This document shows positions 27,458-40,800 of a stretch of 64,000 nucleotides of DNA, piece by piece. The notes beneath the pieces are model-generated. The model saw nothing but the letters and a program-made list of their open reading frames with translations, did no database searches and was not told the origin of the DNA. A program made the translations under genes and the position numbers. Source of the stretch: Eledone cirrhosa (lineage: Eukaryota); contig OZ024740.1 of NCBI GenBank assembly GCA_964016885.1, forward strand, positions 6,758,001 through 6,822,000, given 5' to 3'. The first letter of the stretch is position 1. Each line of letters opens with the position of its first letter.

Positions 27458-27504
27458 TGCTCCGAAGAATCCAAACCTCGGTTTGGAGGAAACAATTGTA
27501 AGCA
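27458..27504 (+). ncRNA. Minimal type I hammerhead (U4C variant)
   Basis: TGCT-CCGAAGA-a-TCCAAAC-CTCG-GTTTGGA-g-GAAA-CAATTG-TA-AGCA followed by AATAAA. Confidence 0.8.
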
Positions 27505-27539
27505 AATAAATGACTTAAACTGAACTTTGATTACTGTAA

Positions 27540-27588
<49 letters not shown>

Positions 27589-27861
27589 GTGAACGGCAAA
27601 AATGAAACGCAATTTCATTTCACACTCTTAGTACGGCTGTTACTTAAATATAAGTATGTATACGTACATACATATATGTATACAGACGTACAGTAGTATG
27701 TATATATATATATACATACATGCACACATATATATATGTACGTATGGATTCACCGAACATTTATTATAATGCTCGGTGTGTTTGTAAACAAACATCCAGA
27801 ATTAAGCCGTACAGTGTCTAGCAACCATCGTTGCTCATTTGTTCAACACTGACAAAGGAAC

Positions 27862-27900
27862 GCTGTACTAGTTTCAAGCTTATTAGCTATCGTCAGCAAC
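27862..27900 (-). ncRNA. Minimal type I hammerhead, canonical core
   Basis: GTTG-CTGACGA-t-AGCT-AATA-AGCT-t-GAAA-CTAG-TA-CAGC. Confidence 0.82.
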
Positions 27901-27939
27901 GTATACCTTCCTGCCAGATGATTGAACGTCTGAAATTAA

Positions 27940-28184
27940 TAATAATAATGTCCGTTTACAATTGTTTCGCTACTCCATATAATATTTCAGGATCAAATGA
28001 TTATATATCATTATTGATCTGGTTCAGTTGAAAATAATTATCATAGGTAGAAATAGAGCAGCTCATCGGAACTTCAAAAGCTGCTTTCCACTGTATATTG
28101 CACATTGAGCACATGCCTTTACGCTTTGGCTTCTAACTAATTCAGCAATCTCCCCTCTCCTATCTCCATCTGGTTACTCTTGAA

Positions 28185-28190
<6 letters not shown>
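27940..28190. mobile_element. Head-to-head mini-insertion of PLE family A ends (27940-28078 minus, 28080-28190 plus)
   Basis: The left part matches 20940-21078; the right part matches 25421-25546 and ends in (TA)n. Confidence 0.85.
27954..28072 (-). ncRNA. Family A hammerhead (U4C) with 10-bp stem II and about 75-nt loop
   Basis: GTT-CCGATGA-GCTGCTCTAT...ATGGAGTAGC-GAAA-CAATTG-TA-AAC. Confidence 0.78.
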
Positions 28191-28233
<43 letters not shown>

Positions 28234-28299
28234 CATACATATATATATTCATACTTACATACATACTTACATACATACTTACACACACACACACATCTG

Positions 28300-28360
<61 letters not shown>

Positions 28361-28565
28361 TGAAACCGGTAATAGACAATAATTAAATATATAAATAGAT
28401 AAATAAATGCCATTGTTAAATAATAAATACATTAACTAATACCTTAACACTTCACACAAAGTAAAACATTTCGGTTTAATCATGTTCTAACCCAGAAAAA
28501 AGAGAGAGAAACAAAAAAGGAAAAAAAAAAATTTTTCTTCCTAATAATCGTCTCTTTCTCCCTGT

Positions 28566-28602
<37 letters not shown>

Positions 28603-29439
28603 TTAAAACAATGAAGTAAAAAATCAAGACATTAGAGATATACTTCACTGCTTTACAATCGTTTCTAGGTGATGATAATACATTGTAGCTATACTCCGTT
28701 ATTGATCTATATAAGGTTAGTTACAAATATCAGATAAAGAGAATATTTACTTACATGCATATCACCAGCTGTTTTCAAAAAGCAATAATAATTTTATTCA
28801 GAATTAGTAGTATGTTAGTACCATGTCCTTATTTGGAGGTAGTTGAAGAACTAACCAATCAAATTGTTTTTTTCATATGGTGTTAAGATGAAAAGTAATA
28901 AACTTTTGTTGAGGTCTTTGAAAGGAATGGTTGAATGGTGTTAATAGTAGAATTGGCATAAAAATCTATTAGGAGCAAAGGGATTGTCAAACTGATAGTT
29001 GAATGTATCTGGTATAGTGAAGTTTAAAAGGAATGTAAAAATAAATGTAACATTTAATGGTGATTAGTGTTGTATTGAGTTTTTAGGTGAATATAAATTA
29101 AGGTTATGGCTAGGAAAGATAGTATATTAAAAGATGAAAATTATAATAAGATAATGAAATACAGTAATGCAATAATATACAACATAACCAACACAATATA
29201 GTACGGTGTGGTAAATTGCACTTAGTATAATACAGCATATGATACGCTCTAAAATACTATCAAGTATGTTTATGTATAAATAATCAAACTCAGATAAATA
29301 CATGTTGGCATAGTTAAAACACATAAATTTCATAGATTACAAAGTTCATATATCACACTATATACAGAGAGGTACAGTTATATTGATATCCAACCAAAAA
29401 TATACATACGCACAAATAGATGCAAACCTAAATACACAT

Positions 29440-29513
29440 TTACACATGTGCACATAATCATATACACACATATCCATACATATCCATATCTACACATACA
29501 CACCTATACCCAC

Positions 29514-29544
<31 letters not shown>

Positions 29545-29579
29545 CACATACATATACATATATATATACCTATATATAT

Positions 29580-29624
<45 letters not shown>

Positions 29625-29860
29625 TATATAGATATATATGTGTGTATGTACACACTTCATACATGTACACACACTCATATATAAACACTCATACACATAT
29701 ACTCACATACACACACACAAACACACACATATATATATACACACACACGCACACGCACATACATATACATATATATATATATATATACATATATACACAT
29801 ACATAAATATATATATATACACACACATAAATATATTTCCATATCATACATAGATATAAA
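29440..29860. repeat. Compound (TA)/(CA) microsatellite within the PLE 3' UTR region
   Basis: Seen directly. Confidence 0.9.
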
Positions 29861-31042
29861 TTTACTCATGCAATTACGGGTGGTTGTATACCTTGTTGCC
29901 TTTAGTCATTAACGCATAAACCTAAGGAAGCTAAGACATTAAAGGGTAAAAAATAAGCATGAATGCATATAATTAAGGGAAAGGGGTACTAATAAATGTT
30001 ACTCTATATAGAATTATAGTGAGTTGCTATTTAGAATATTTAATTAGGTTTATAGTATTTAAATATTCTTCGTATACGGTGATTACAGACTATGATCAAT
30101 TCCTGCCTTTTATTTAATAAATCGTCCTTAGATTTAGTAATTTCCAAGATCTCCCCTGAACATAATCTGCATTCCCTCCTGTTCCCAAGATATGGAGTTC
30201 ATTGTAGAATGGTGTTCCACGATAACTTGAAATCTATTTTTTTCTTTTTATAATTATTTACCGCTTCAGCTAAAGATGTGGTGTTAACTAGTTTAGTATT
30301 GTTGAAACTACTAGAGTGTGCGTAAAATCTTTTCTTAAATGTGTTTGATGTAGATCCTATATATATTTTGTTGGAGTCTGTAGTAGACACAGTGCATTTG
30401 TATATTACATTATTAATCAGACAGTTGCCATTTAAGGACCAAATGCTTCTATTTCTGCAATTACAACCGTACGTAAGATGGTTGTTGGGGGTTCCTATAC
30501 TATTCTCATTGATCCTTGAGCTATTCCTATTGTAATTAATGATAGCAGGAGAATGAAGGTTGCTTTGTGGGTGGTTTGGTGCTAGGGTTGTATTGTGATT
30601 TTGTGTTTTGTTATTTTTGTGTTGGTGATTTGGGTGGTTGTGTTTTCTAGGTTGAAGGATTGTATTATTTGCCTTTTTAAAAGGTGCAGTCCTATTTAAA
30701 TTATGTTGTGGTGGTGTAGTCATATTATTTTTAAGTTTATAAATGTGTAGTTGCTTATTTTTTGCTGGAGATTGCTTGATGTAGAGTATGACAATTTAAC
30801 AGTATATTTGTTAAATATTTGGTGGTATCTGTGGTTTGGTGGAAAATGTTTATGTAGAATTTTAAAGAATTTTTGGGGGATTTGTCCAATAATTTGCAGG
30901 TTGAAGGGTGCGTTGTACCATGTTCTGATTCTTTTGCGGTTTTTAGTTAAGTTCTTATTACCACTTATATTATTGTGTTGTGTTATAGAAGAATTCCTAT
31001 GGTTAGTGTCCTTATTTGTGGAATTTGGTAAATTACCGTGGT

Positions 31043-32799
31043 TGCCATAAAGGTTACAGAAAGAGTTATAGCGCAACTAATCAGAGAGCGAATTGATCTA
31101 AATAAAATGCAGTTTGGATTTGTGTCAGGTAAAAGTACCACAGACGCTCTTTTCCTTGTACGAGAACTACAAGAGAAGAACCTAGCTAAAAGTAAACCCC
31201 TCTACTTAGCTTTTGTAGACCTGGAGAAAGCTTTTGACAGAATCCCCCGCTCCATTATCTGGTGCGCTCTCAGAAAACTAGGTGTAGATGAATGGCTTGT
31301 GAGAGCTATACAAGCTATGTATAATGAAACAATCAGTCAGGTTAGAATTAACAATGAATATTGTGAAGAATTTAGTGTAAAAGTTGGCGTTCATCAAGGG
31401 TCTGTCCTTAGCCCACTTTTATTTATTATTGCCCTTCAGGCTATAACAGAGGAGTTCAAGACCGGCTGCCCATGGGAACTCCTATACGCAGATGATCTAA
31501 CGCTCATAGCTGAATCAACGGCTGAACTAGAGAAGAAATTCCAAACATGGAAGCATGGCCTAGAATCAAAAGGCCTTAAAGTTAACTTGTCTAAGACTAA
31601 AGTTCTAGTTTGTAGAAAGAAAAATAGGGCACAGGTGCCCTCAGGGAAATGGCCATGCTCAATGTGTAGGAAAGGAGTAGGCATAAATTCCATTTTATGT
31701 CCCAAATGCAGAGTATGGGTACATAAAAGATGTAGTAAGATCACAGGTAAACTATCTAAGAACAGAGACTTTATATGTGGTCGATGCTCAGGTGCAATAA
31801 GTAGCAAGTGTCCAAATGATACTAGCTCCTTCTATTGCCCAGATGGTTCTATAGAAATAGTAGACACTTTCCGTTACCTGGGTGACGAAATCAGTAGTGG
31901 TGGAGGGTGTTCTGAAAGTACAGTAGCCAGAGTCAGAACGGGATGGAAAAAGTTCAGAGAGCTTACACCACTGTTGGCCACAAAAGGTTTCTCTCTAAAA
32001 ATGAAAGGCAGATTGTATGATGCTTGTATATGAACAGCAATGCTACATGGCAGTGAGACATGGGCATTGTGTGAAGAGGACCGGCGTAGACTGGAAAGGA
32101 ACGAAGCATACATGCTCCGTTGGGTGTGTAATAGTAATATACGTGAACGGCAAAGCATAAATGAACTAAATGAGAAATTAGGAATAAGAGGGATCAGATG
32201 CTGTTTACTGGAGAGAAGACTACGTTGGCATGGTCACGTGATGCGCATGAAAGACGACAGCTGCATAAAAAGGTGCAGGGCGATCAAAATTGATGGTAGT
32301 TACGGAGTAGGTAGACCCAGAAAAACCTGGGATGATCTGATAAATTCCGACCTCACACGCTTGCACCTCTCTAAGACAATGTCACTGGACCGAGATCTTT
32401 GGCGCTACGCAGTAATACAGAAGACCTGCCTTGCCTATGTACAAAGCGAAACCTACAGTCAGTAGGAACCTCTTGACCAAATATACGCCCCAATCCACTA
32501 CCCCTACCCTATCCTCCCACTCCCACCAACAGCACGAGAAAATGAGATCGAGATCGTGTAGGTGTCACGACACAAAAAACACGCTGTAATGTGGCCATGT
32601 AGGTTACACGGTAAAAAACCTCCCGGTCCCACACTGTAAATGTGGTTGGTGTTAGGAGGGCATCCAGCCGTAGAAAACCTGCCAGATAGTCCTATATGAG
32701 CGAGACACGGTCACCCGACCAGCCTTTCTGCAAGCGGGACAACTCCCGTCTAACCCATGCTAGCGTGGAAAATGGACGTTAAACGAAGACGATGATGAT
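31043..32799 (+). mobile_element. 5'-truncated RTE LINE with one in-frame stop (32031-32033), 3' UTR and GAT tail
   Basis: Same motifs as 4151-5802; TGA replaces the Arg of DACIRTAML. Confidence 0.95.
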
Positions 32800-33411
32800 A
32801 ATATTTGGTGTTATTATTGGGTATATTATGAGATTTTGAGTGCTTGGTATTCATATGTGGGTTGATAACATTGGTCATAGATCGTGTAGTAATAGTTGTG
32901 GTTTTTCGGTTGTTTGGTGTGATAGGAATAACCACTTTAGGTATTTGTTTCAATGGTATTTTTTGTTGTTTGTAGTTTTTGCTAGGTTTTATATTTTGGT
33001 CCATAGTAGTGTTGGGGATATATGAGATTTTTTCTTTATATCCACTTCTAGTTAAGGCCTCGTTGTAGAAGGGTGCATTATCATAAAATATATCTTCATT
33101 GGAAGATAATTTATAAAGTCTAAGAGATATGTTATATACTAAGTTCTTGAGTATAGAGTCAGGGTGGTTAGATCGTAAATGTACATAATGTAGATTCTGG
33201 TTGGGTTTGTGGTAAGGTTGATAAGTATTCGTAGAGAGGTCTAAAGTAACGTCAAAGAAATTAGCTACTTTTGAAGTGTAGCTAAGACTGTAATAGTCCT
33301 TGAGGAATTTTCTATTTTGTTTTTTGTTTTTCTCTATATTGGAATTGCTAAGATTGTTAGATAACAATAGACAATCATCCCGATAAAGACCACCTTTGAG
33401 GTGGGGGAAAG

Positions 33412-33588
33412 TCTAATGACTTGATTTTTTATTTCATTGTTTTAACTTATATCATGACTCTGTTTTCCTTTTAATGTTTTATTGTTTTCCGGGATTTATC
33501 TTAACCTACAACATTTTCAACATACGGATTACATCGAGTTCTTCATGCAGAATAGACCCCACAACTTACTGTGGATACCTCTGTGTGT
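33412..33588 (+). mobile_element. Inverted 3'-terminal segment of PLE family B joined at the 5' truncation point
   Basis: Reverse complement of about 10730-10899; followed by (TA)n then (GA)n. Confidence 0.88.
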
Positions 33589-33604
33589 ATATATATATAT
33601 ATAT

Positions 33605-33678
<74 letters not shown>

Positions 33679-33879
33679 AATTATTAAATAAATGAAATGT
33701 TAATGAGATATTAACAAGTTGGTGTTGACAATTGCTGTCTCCTTTAATTTGACTTCTTATTTTACAATCTTTATCTTCCTTGATTGTAATACCTGTCTAC
33801 TGGTACTATACCTGAGCTAGGCCTTAACAGATAGAAATATCTTTTGAACAGGAGAGAACATATTTAACCGGATTTAACC

Positions 33880-34027
33880 TGGTGGTGGTGGTGGTGGTGA
33901 TGGTAATGTTGGTGATGATGATGACGATGATGGTGGTGGTGGTGGTGGTGATGGTAATGATGATGACGATGATGGTGGTGGTGAGGATGATGGTGATAGT
34001 GACAATGACAATGATGATGATGATGAT
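33880..34027. repeat. (GGT)/(GAT)n compound microsatellite
   Basis: Seen directly. Confidence 0.9.
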
Positions 34028-34135
34028 ACATGTGATATGGTTTTTACTACCCTGATCTTCGACTGACTCTAAATATGATCTTGTTTTTAATTTATTTCTT
34101 AGTCTCGTTTTGGTGATAAAAAGAGTGTGAGCTAA

Positions 34136-34352
34136 TAATGGTTTCTAATGTAGGCACAAGGCCAGCAATTTTGGGGAGGAGAATGTCAATTAAATCGATC
34201 CCAGTACATTACTGGTACTTTATTTTATCGACCCCATAAGGATGAAAGGCAAAGTAAACCTCTGCGGGATTTAAACTCAGAATGGCAAGGGACATAACTC
34301 TATGAATCAAAGCATGGCGTCCAACCCTCTACTGATACTGCCAATCCACCGC
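34136..34352 (-). mobile_element. SINE family S1 (longer 3' variant)
   Basis: A and B boxes and core on the minus strand. Confidence 0.88.
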
Positions 34353-34377
34353 TCTTGTGGATTGGCAGTATCAGTAG

Positions 34378-34573
34378 TGTGCCCATGCATACCAGCCACC
34401 CCTCTCCATGCCACTGATGGTCCAAGGGAAAGGTAATGGCTAATACAGCTTGGCACCAGTGATGTCACAACTCATTTCTACAGCTGAGTAAACTGGAGTA
34501 ACACAAAGCCCGGTCTGAGAACCGATCTGACAACTTCACAGCCCAATGCTCTAACCACTAAGGCATGCACCTT
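34378..34573 (-). mobile_element. Degenerate second tRNA-derived SINE family
   Basis: Minus strand begins GGTGCATGCCTTAGTGGTTAGAGC (A-box-like) and contains ACTCCAGTTTACTCAGCTG..AAATGAGT (CORE-like). Confidence 0.6.
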
Positions 34574-34856
34574 AACTATGTATGTATATAGTTATATCTA
34601 TATCTATCTAACTGGAATTTCCTGTCAAAACAGCAAGAGCTCAGCCATCGGGCCCCAAGTCTAATATATTTACACGCTACTATCCTAGTTTCGAGTACTT
34701 TGTTGAATGAAGATTTTACTTCTCCTTCTAGCTTTCACACATAGCGCATGGTGGAGAATCTTCCATTGTCTTAAGGTAAAGACATTCTATTGATTACAGA
34801 ACACAGTCATCAACCCCCTCATACCTGCCATGATCTCTTCACTCATGATATGATCA

Positions 34857-37800
34857 TACCAAAAATACTGAGATGCTAAGGCAGTGTTTGTGAGAGACAT
34901 TACCCCAAAATACTCAGATCCTAAGGCTGTATTTGTGAGAGACATTACCCCAAAATACTCAGATTCTAAGGCTGTATTTGTGAGAGACATTACCCCAAAA
35001 TACTGAGATGCTAAGGCAGTGTTTGTGAGAGACATTACCCCAAAATACTGAGATCCTAAGGCTGTATTTGTGAGAGACATTACCCCAAAATACTCAAATT
35101 CTAAGGAAGAATTTGTGAGAGACATTACCCCAAAATACTGAGATGCTAAGGCAGTGTTTGTGAGAGACATGACCCCAAAATATTCAGATCCTAAGGCAGT
35201 ATTTGTGAGAGACATTACCCCAAAATACTGAGATCCTAAGGCAGTATTTGTGAGACACATTACCCCAAAATACTCAGATCCTAAGGCTGTATTTGTGAGA
35301 GACATTACCCAAAAATACTCAGATCCTAAGGCAGTATTTGTGAGAGACATTACCCCAAAATACTGAGATCCTAAGGCAGTATTTGTGAGACACATTACCC
35401 CAAAATACTCAGATCCTAAGGCTGTATTTGTGAGAGACATTACCCAAAAATACTCAGATCCTAAGGCAGTATTTGTGAGAGACATTACCCCAAAATACTG
35501 AGATCCTAAGGCAGTATTTGTGAGAGACATTACCCCAAAATACTGAGATCCTAAGGCAGTATTTGTGAGAGACATTACCCCAAAATCGTGAGATCCTAAG
35601 GCAGTATTTGTGAGAGATATTACCCCAAAATACTCAGATCCTAAGGCAGTATTTGTGAGAGACATTACCCCAAAATACTCAGATCCTAAGGCTGTATTTG
35701 TGAGAGACATTACCCCAAAATACTGAGAACCTAAGGCTGTATTTGTGAGAGACATTACCCCAAAATACTCAGATCCTAAGGCAGTATTTGTGAGAGACAT
35801 TACCCCAAAATACTCAGATCCTAAGGCTGTATTTGTGAGAGACATTACCCCCAACATACTCAGATCCTAAGGCAGTATTTGTGAGAGACATTACCCCAAA
35901 ATACTCAGATCCTAAGGCAGTATTTGTGAGAGACATTATCCCAAAATACTCAGATCCTAAGGCTGTATTTGTGAGAGACATTACTCCAAATTACTGAGAT
36001 CCTAAGGCAGTGTTTGTGAGAGACATTACCCCAAAATACTCAGGTCCTAAGGCTGTATTTGTGAGAGACATGAACCCAAAATACTGAGATCCTAAGGCTG
36101 TATTTGTGAGAGACATTACCCCAAAATACTCAGATCCTAAAGCTGTATTTGTGAGAGACATTAACCCAAAATACTGAGATCCTAAGGCAGTGTTTGTGAG
36201 AGACATTACGCCAAAATACTCAGATCCTAAGGCTGTATTTGTGAGAGACATTACCCCAAAATACTCAGATCCTATGGCTGTATTTGTGAGAGATATTACC
36301 CCTAAATACTCAGATCCTAAGGCTGTATTTGTGAGAGACATTACCCCAAAATACTGAGAAACTAAGGCAGTGTTTGTGAGAGACATTACCCCAAAATACT
36401 CAGATCCTAAGGCAGTATTTGTGAGAGACTTTACCCCAAAATACTCAGATCCTAAGGCAGTATTTGTGTGAGACATTACTCCAAAATATTCAGATCCTAA
36501 GGCAGTGTTTGTGAGAGATATTACCCCAAAATGCTCAGATCCTAAGGCAGAGTTTGTGAGAGACATTACCCCCAGAATACTCAGATCCTAAGGCTGTATT
36601 TGTGAGAGATATTACCCCTAAATACTCAGATCCTAAGGCTGTATTTGTGAGAGACATTACCCCAAAATACTGAGATCCTAAGGCTGTATTTGTGAGAGAC
36701 ATTACCCCAAAATACTCAGATCCTAAGGCAGTACTTGTGAGAGACATTACACCAAAATACTCAGATTCTAAGGCAGTATTTGTGAGAGACATTACCCCAA
36801 AATACTCAGATCCTAAGGCTGTATTTGTGAGAGACATTACCCCAAAATACTCAGATCCTAAGGCTGTATTTGTGAGAGACATTACCCCAAAATACTGAGA
36901 TCCTAAGGCAGTATTTGTGAGAGACATTACCCCAAAATACTGAGATCCTAAGGCTGTATTTGTGAGAGACATTACCCCAAAATACTGAGATCCTAAGGCA
37001 GTATTTATGAGAGACATTACCCCAAAATACTGAGATCCTAAGGCTGTATTTGTGAGAGACATTACCCCAAAATACTGAGATCCTAAGGCAGTATTTGTGA
37101 GAGACATTACCCCAAAATACTCAGATCCTAAGGCTGTATTTGTGAGAGACATTACCCCAAAATACTGAGATCCTAAGGCTGTATTTGTGAGAGACATTAC
37201 CCCAAAATACTCAGATCCTAAGGCAGTATTTGTGAGAGACATTACCCCAAAATACTCAGATCCTAAGGCTGTATTTGTGAGAGACATTACCCCAAAATAC
37301 TCAGATCCTAAGGCAGTATTTGTGAGAGACATTACCCCAAAATTCTCAGATCCTAAGGCTGTGTTTGTGGGAGACATTACCCCAAAATACTGAGATCCTA
37401 AGGCAGTGTTTGTGAGAGACATTATCCCAAAATACTCAGATCCTAAGGCTGTATTTGTGAGAGACATTAACCCAAAATACTCAGATACTAAGGCTGTATT
37501 TGTGAGAGACATTAACCCACAATACTCAGATCCTAAGGCTGTATTTGTGAGAGACATTACCCCAAAATACTCAGATACTAAGGCAGTGTTTGTGAGAGAC
37601 ATTACCACAAAATACTCAGAGCCTAAGGCTGTGTTTGTTAGAGACATTACCCCAGAATACTCAGATCATAATGCTGTATTTGTGAGAGACATTACCCCAA
37701 AATACTGAGATCCTAAGGCTGTATTTGTGAGAGACATTACCCCAAAATACTCAGATCCTAAGGCTGTATTTGTGAGAGACATTACCCCAAAATACTCAGA

Positions 37801-40800
37801 TCCTAAGGCAGTATTTGTGAGAGATATTACCCCAAAATACTGAGATCCTAAGGCAGTATTTGTGAGAGACATTACCCCAAAATACTGAGATCCTAAGGCA
37901 GTGTTTGTGAGAGACATTACCCCAAAATACTCAGATCCTAAGGCTGTATTTGTGAGAGACATTAACCCAAAATACTCAGATCCTAAGGCTGTATTTGTGA
38001 GAGACATTAACCCACAATACTCAGATCCTAAGGCTGTATTTGTGAGAGACATTACCCCAAAATACTCAGATCCTAAGGCAGTGTTTGTGAGAGACATTAA
38101 CCCAAAATACTCAGATCCTAAGGCTGTATTTGTGAGAGACATTAACCCCAAATACTCAGATCCTAAGGCTGTATTTGTGAGAGACATTACCCCAAAATAC
38201 TCAGATCCTAAGGCAGTATTTGAGAGAGACTACCCCAAAATACTCAGATCCTAAGGCTGTGTTTGTGAGAGACATTACCCCAAAATACTGAGATCCTAAG
38301 GCTGTGTTTGTTAGAGACATTACCCCAGAATACTCAGATCATAATGCTGTATTTTTGAGAGACATTACCCCAAAATACTCAGATCCTCAGGCTGTATTTG
38401 TGAGAGACATTACCCCAAAATACTCAGATCCTAAGGCTGTGTTTGTGAGAGACATTACCCCAAAATACTCAGACCATAAGGCAGTGTTTGTGAGAGACAT
38501 TACCCCAAAATACTCAGATCCTAAGGCAGTATTTGTGAGAGACATTACCCCCAAAATACTCAGATCCTAAGGCAGTATTTGTGAGAGACATTACCCCAAA
38601 ATACTCAGATCCTAAAGCAGTGTTTGTGAGAGACATTACCCCAAAATACTCAGATCCTAAGGCAGTGTTTGTGAGAGACATTACCCCAAAATACTCAGAT
38701 ACTAAGGCAGTTTTTGTGAGAGATATTACCCGAAAATACTCAGATCCTAAGGCAGTGTTTGTGAGAGACATTACCCCAAAATACTCAGATACTAAGGCAG
38801 TTTTTGTGAGAGATATTACCCCAAAATACTCAGATCCTAAGGCAGTGTTTCTGAGATACATTACCCCAAAATACTCAGATCATAAGGCAGTGTTTGTGAG
38901 AGATATTACCCCAAAATACTCAGATCCTAAGGCAGTATTTGTGAGAGATATTACCCCAAAATACTCAGATCCTAAGGCTGTATTTGTGAGAGACATTACC
39001 CCCAAATACTCAGATCCTAAGGCTGTGTTTGTGACAGACATTACCCGAAAATACTCAGATCCTAAGGCAGTGTTTGTGAGAGACATTACCCCAAAATACT
39101 AAGATCCTAAGGCTGTATTTGTGAGATACATTACCCCAAAATACTCAGATCCTAAGGCAGTGTTTGTGAGAGACATTACCCCAAAATACTCAGATTCTCG
39201 AGCTCTATTTGTGATAGACATTACCCCAAAATACTCAGATCCTAAGGCTGTATTTGTGAGAGACATTACCCCAAAATACTCAAATTCTAAGGCTGTATTT
39301 GTGAAAGACATTACCCCAAAATACTGAGATCCTAAGGCAGTGTTTGTGAGAGACATTACCCCAAAATACTCAGATCCTAAGGCAGTATTTGTGAGAGACT
39401 TTACCCCAAAATACTGAGATCCTAAGGCAGTATTTGTGTGAGACATTACTCCAAAATATTCAGATCCTAAGGCAGTGTTTGTGAGAGACATTACCCCAAA
39501 ATGCTCAGATCCTAAGGCAGAGTTTGTGAGAGACATTACCCCCAGAATACTCAGATCCTAAGGCTGTATTTGTGAGAGATATTACCCCTAAATACTCAGA
39601 TCCTAAGGCTGTATTTGTGAGAGACATTACCCCAAAATACTGAGATCCTAAGGCTGTATTTGTGAGAGACATTACCCCAAAATACTCAGATCCTAAGGCA
39701 GTACTTGTGAGAGACATTACACCAAAATACTCAGATTCTAAGGCAGTATTTGTGAGAGACATTACCCCAAAATACTGAGATCCTAAGGCAGTATTTATGA
39801 GAGACATTACCCCAAAATACTGAGATCCTAAGGCTGTATTTGTGAGAGACATTACCCCAAAATACTCAGATCCTAAGGCAGTATTTGTGAGAGACATTAC
39901 CCCAAAATTCTCAGATCCTAAGGCTGTGTTTGTGGGAGACATTACCCCAAAATACTGAGATCCTAAGGCAGTGTTTGTGAGAGACATTATCCCAAAATAC
40001 TCAGATCCTAAGGCTGTATTTGTGAGAGACATTAACCCAAAATACTCAGATACTAAGGCTGTATTTGTGAGAGACATTAACCCACAATACTCAGATCCTA
40101 AGGCTGTATTTGTGAGAGACATTACCCCAAAATACTCAGATACTAAGGCAGTGTTTGTGAGAGACATTACCACAAAATACTCAGAGCCTAAGGCTGTATT
40201 TGTGAGAGACATTACCCCAAAATACTGAGATCCTAAGGCTGTATTTGTGAGAGACATTACCCCAAAATACTCAGATCCTAAGGCTGTATTTGTGAGAGAC
40301 ATTACCCCAAAATACTCAGATCCTAAGGCAGTATTTGTGAGAGATATTACCCCAAAATACTGAGATCCTAAGGCAGTATTTGTGAGAGACATTACCCCAA
40401 AATACTGAGATCCTAAGGCAGTGTTTGTGAGAGACATTACCCCAAAATACTCAGATCCTAAGGCTGTATTTGTGAGAGACATTAACCCAAAATACTCAGA
40501 TCCTAAGGCTGTATTTGTGAGAGACATTAACCCACAATACTCAGATCCTAAGGCTGTATTTGTGAGAGACATTACCCCAAAATACTCAGATCCTAAGGCA
40601 GTGTTTGTGAGAGACATTAACCCAAAATACTCAGATCCTAAGGCTGTATTTGTGAGAGACATTAACCCCAAATACTCAGATCCTAAGGCTGTATTTGTGA
40701 GAGACATTACCCCAAAATACTCAGATCCTAAGGCAGTATTTGAGAGAGACTACCCCAAAATACTCAGATCCTAAGGCTGTGTTTGTGAGAGACATTACCC

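Larger units (their letters stand above)
28601..33411 (-). mobile_element. 5'-truncated, degenerate Naiad-type PLE family B, interrupted by an RTE LINE
   Basis: GGLYRDD near 33390, NFFDVTLDL, PYHKP, SNHP, WYNAPF, CNCR..LNGNCL..VIY..YIGSTSNTFKKRFYAH, CRLC; hammerhead at about 28649-28784. Confidence 0.9.
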
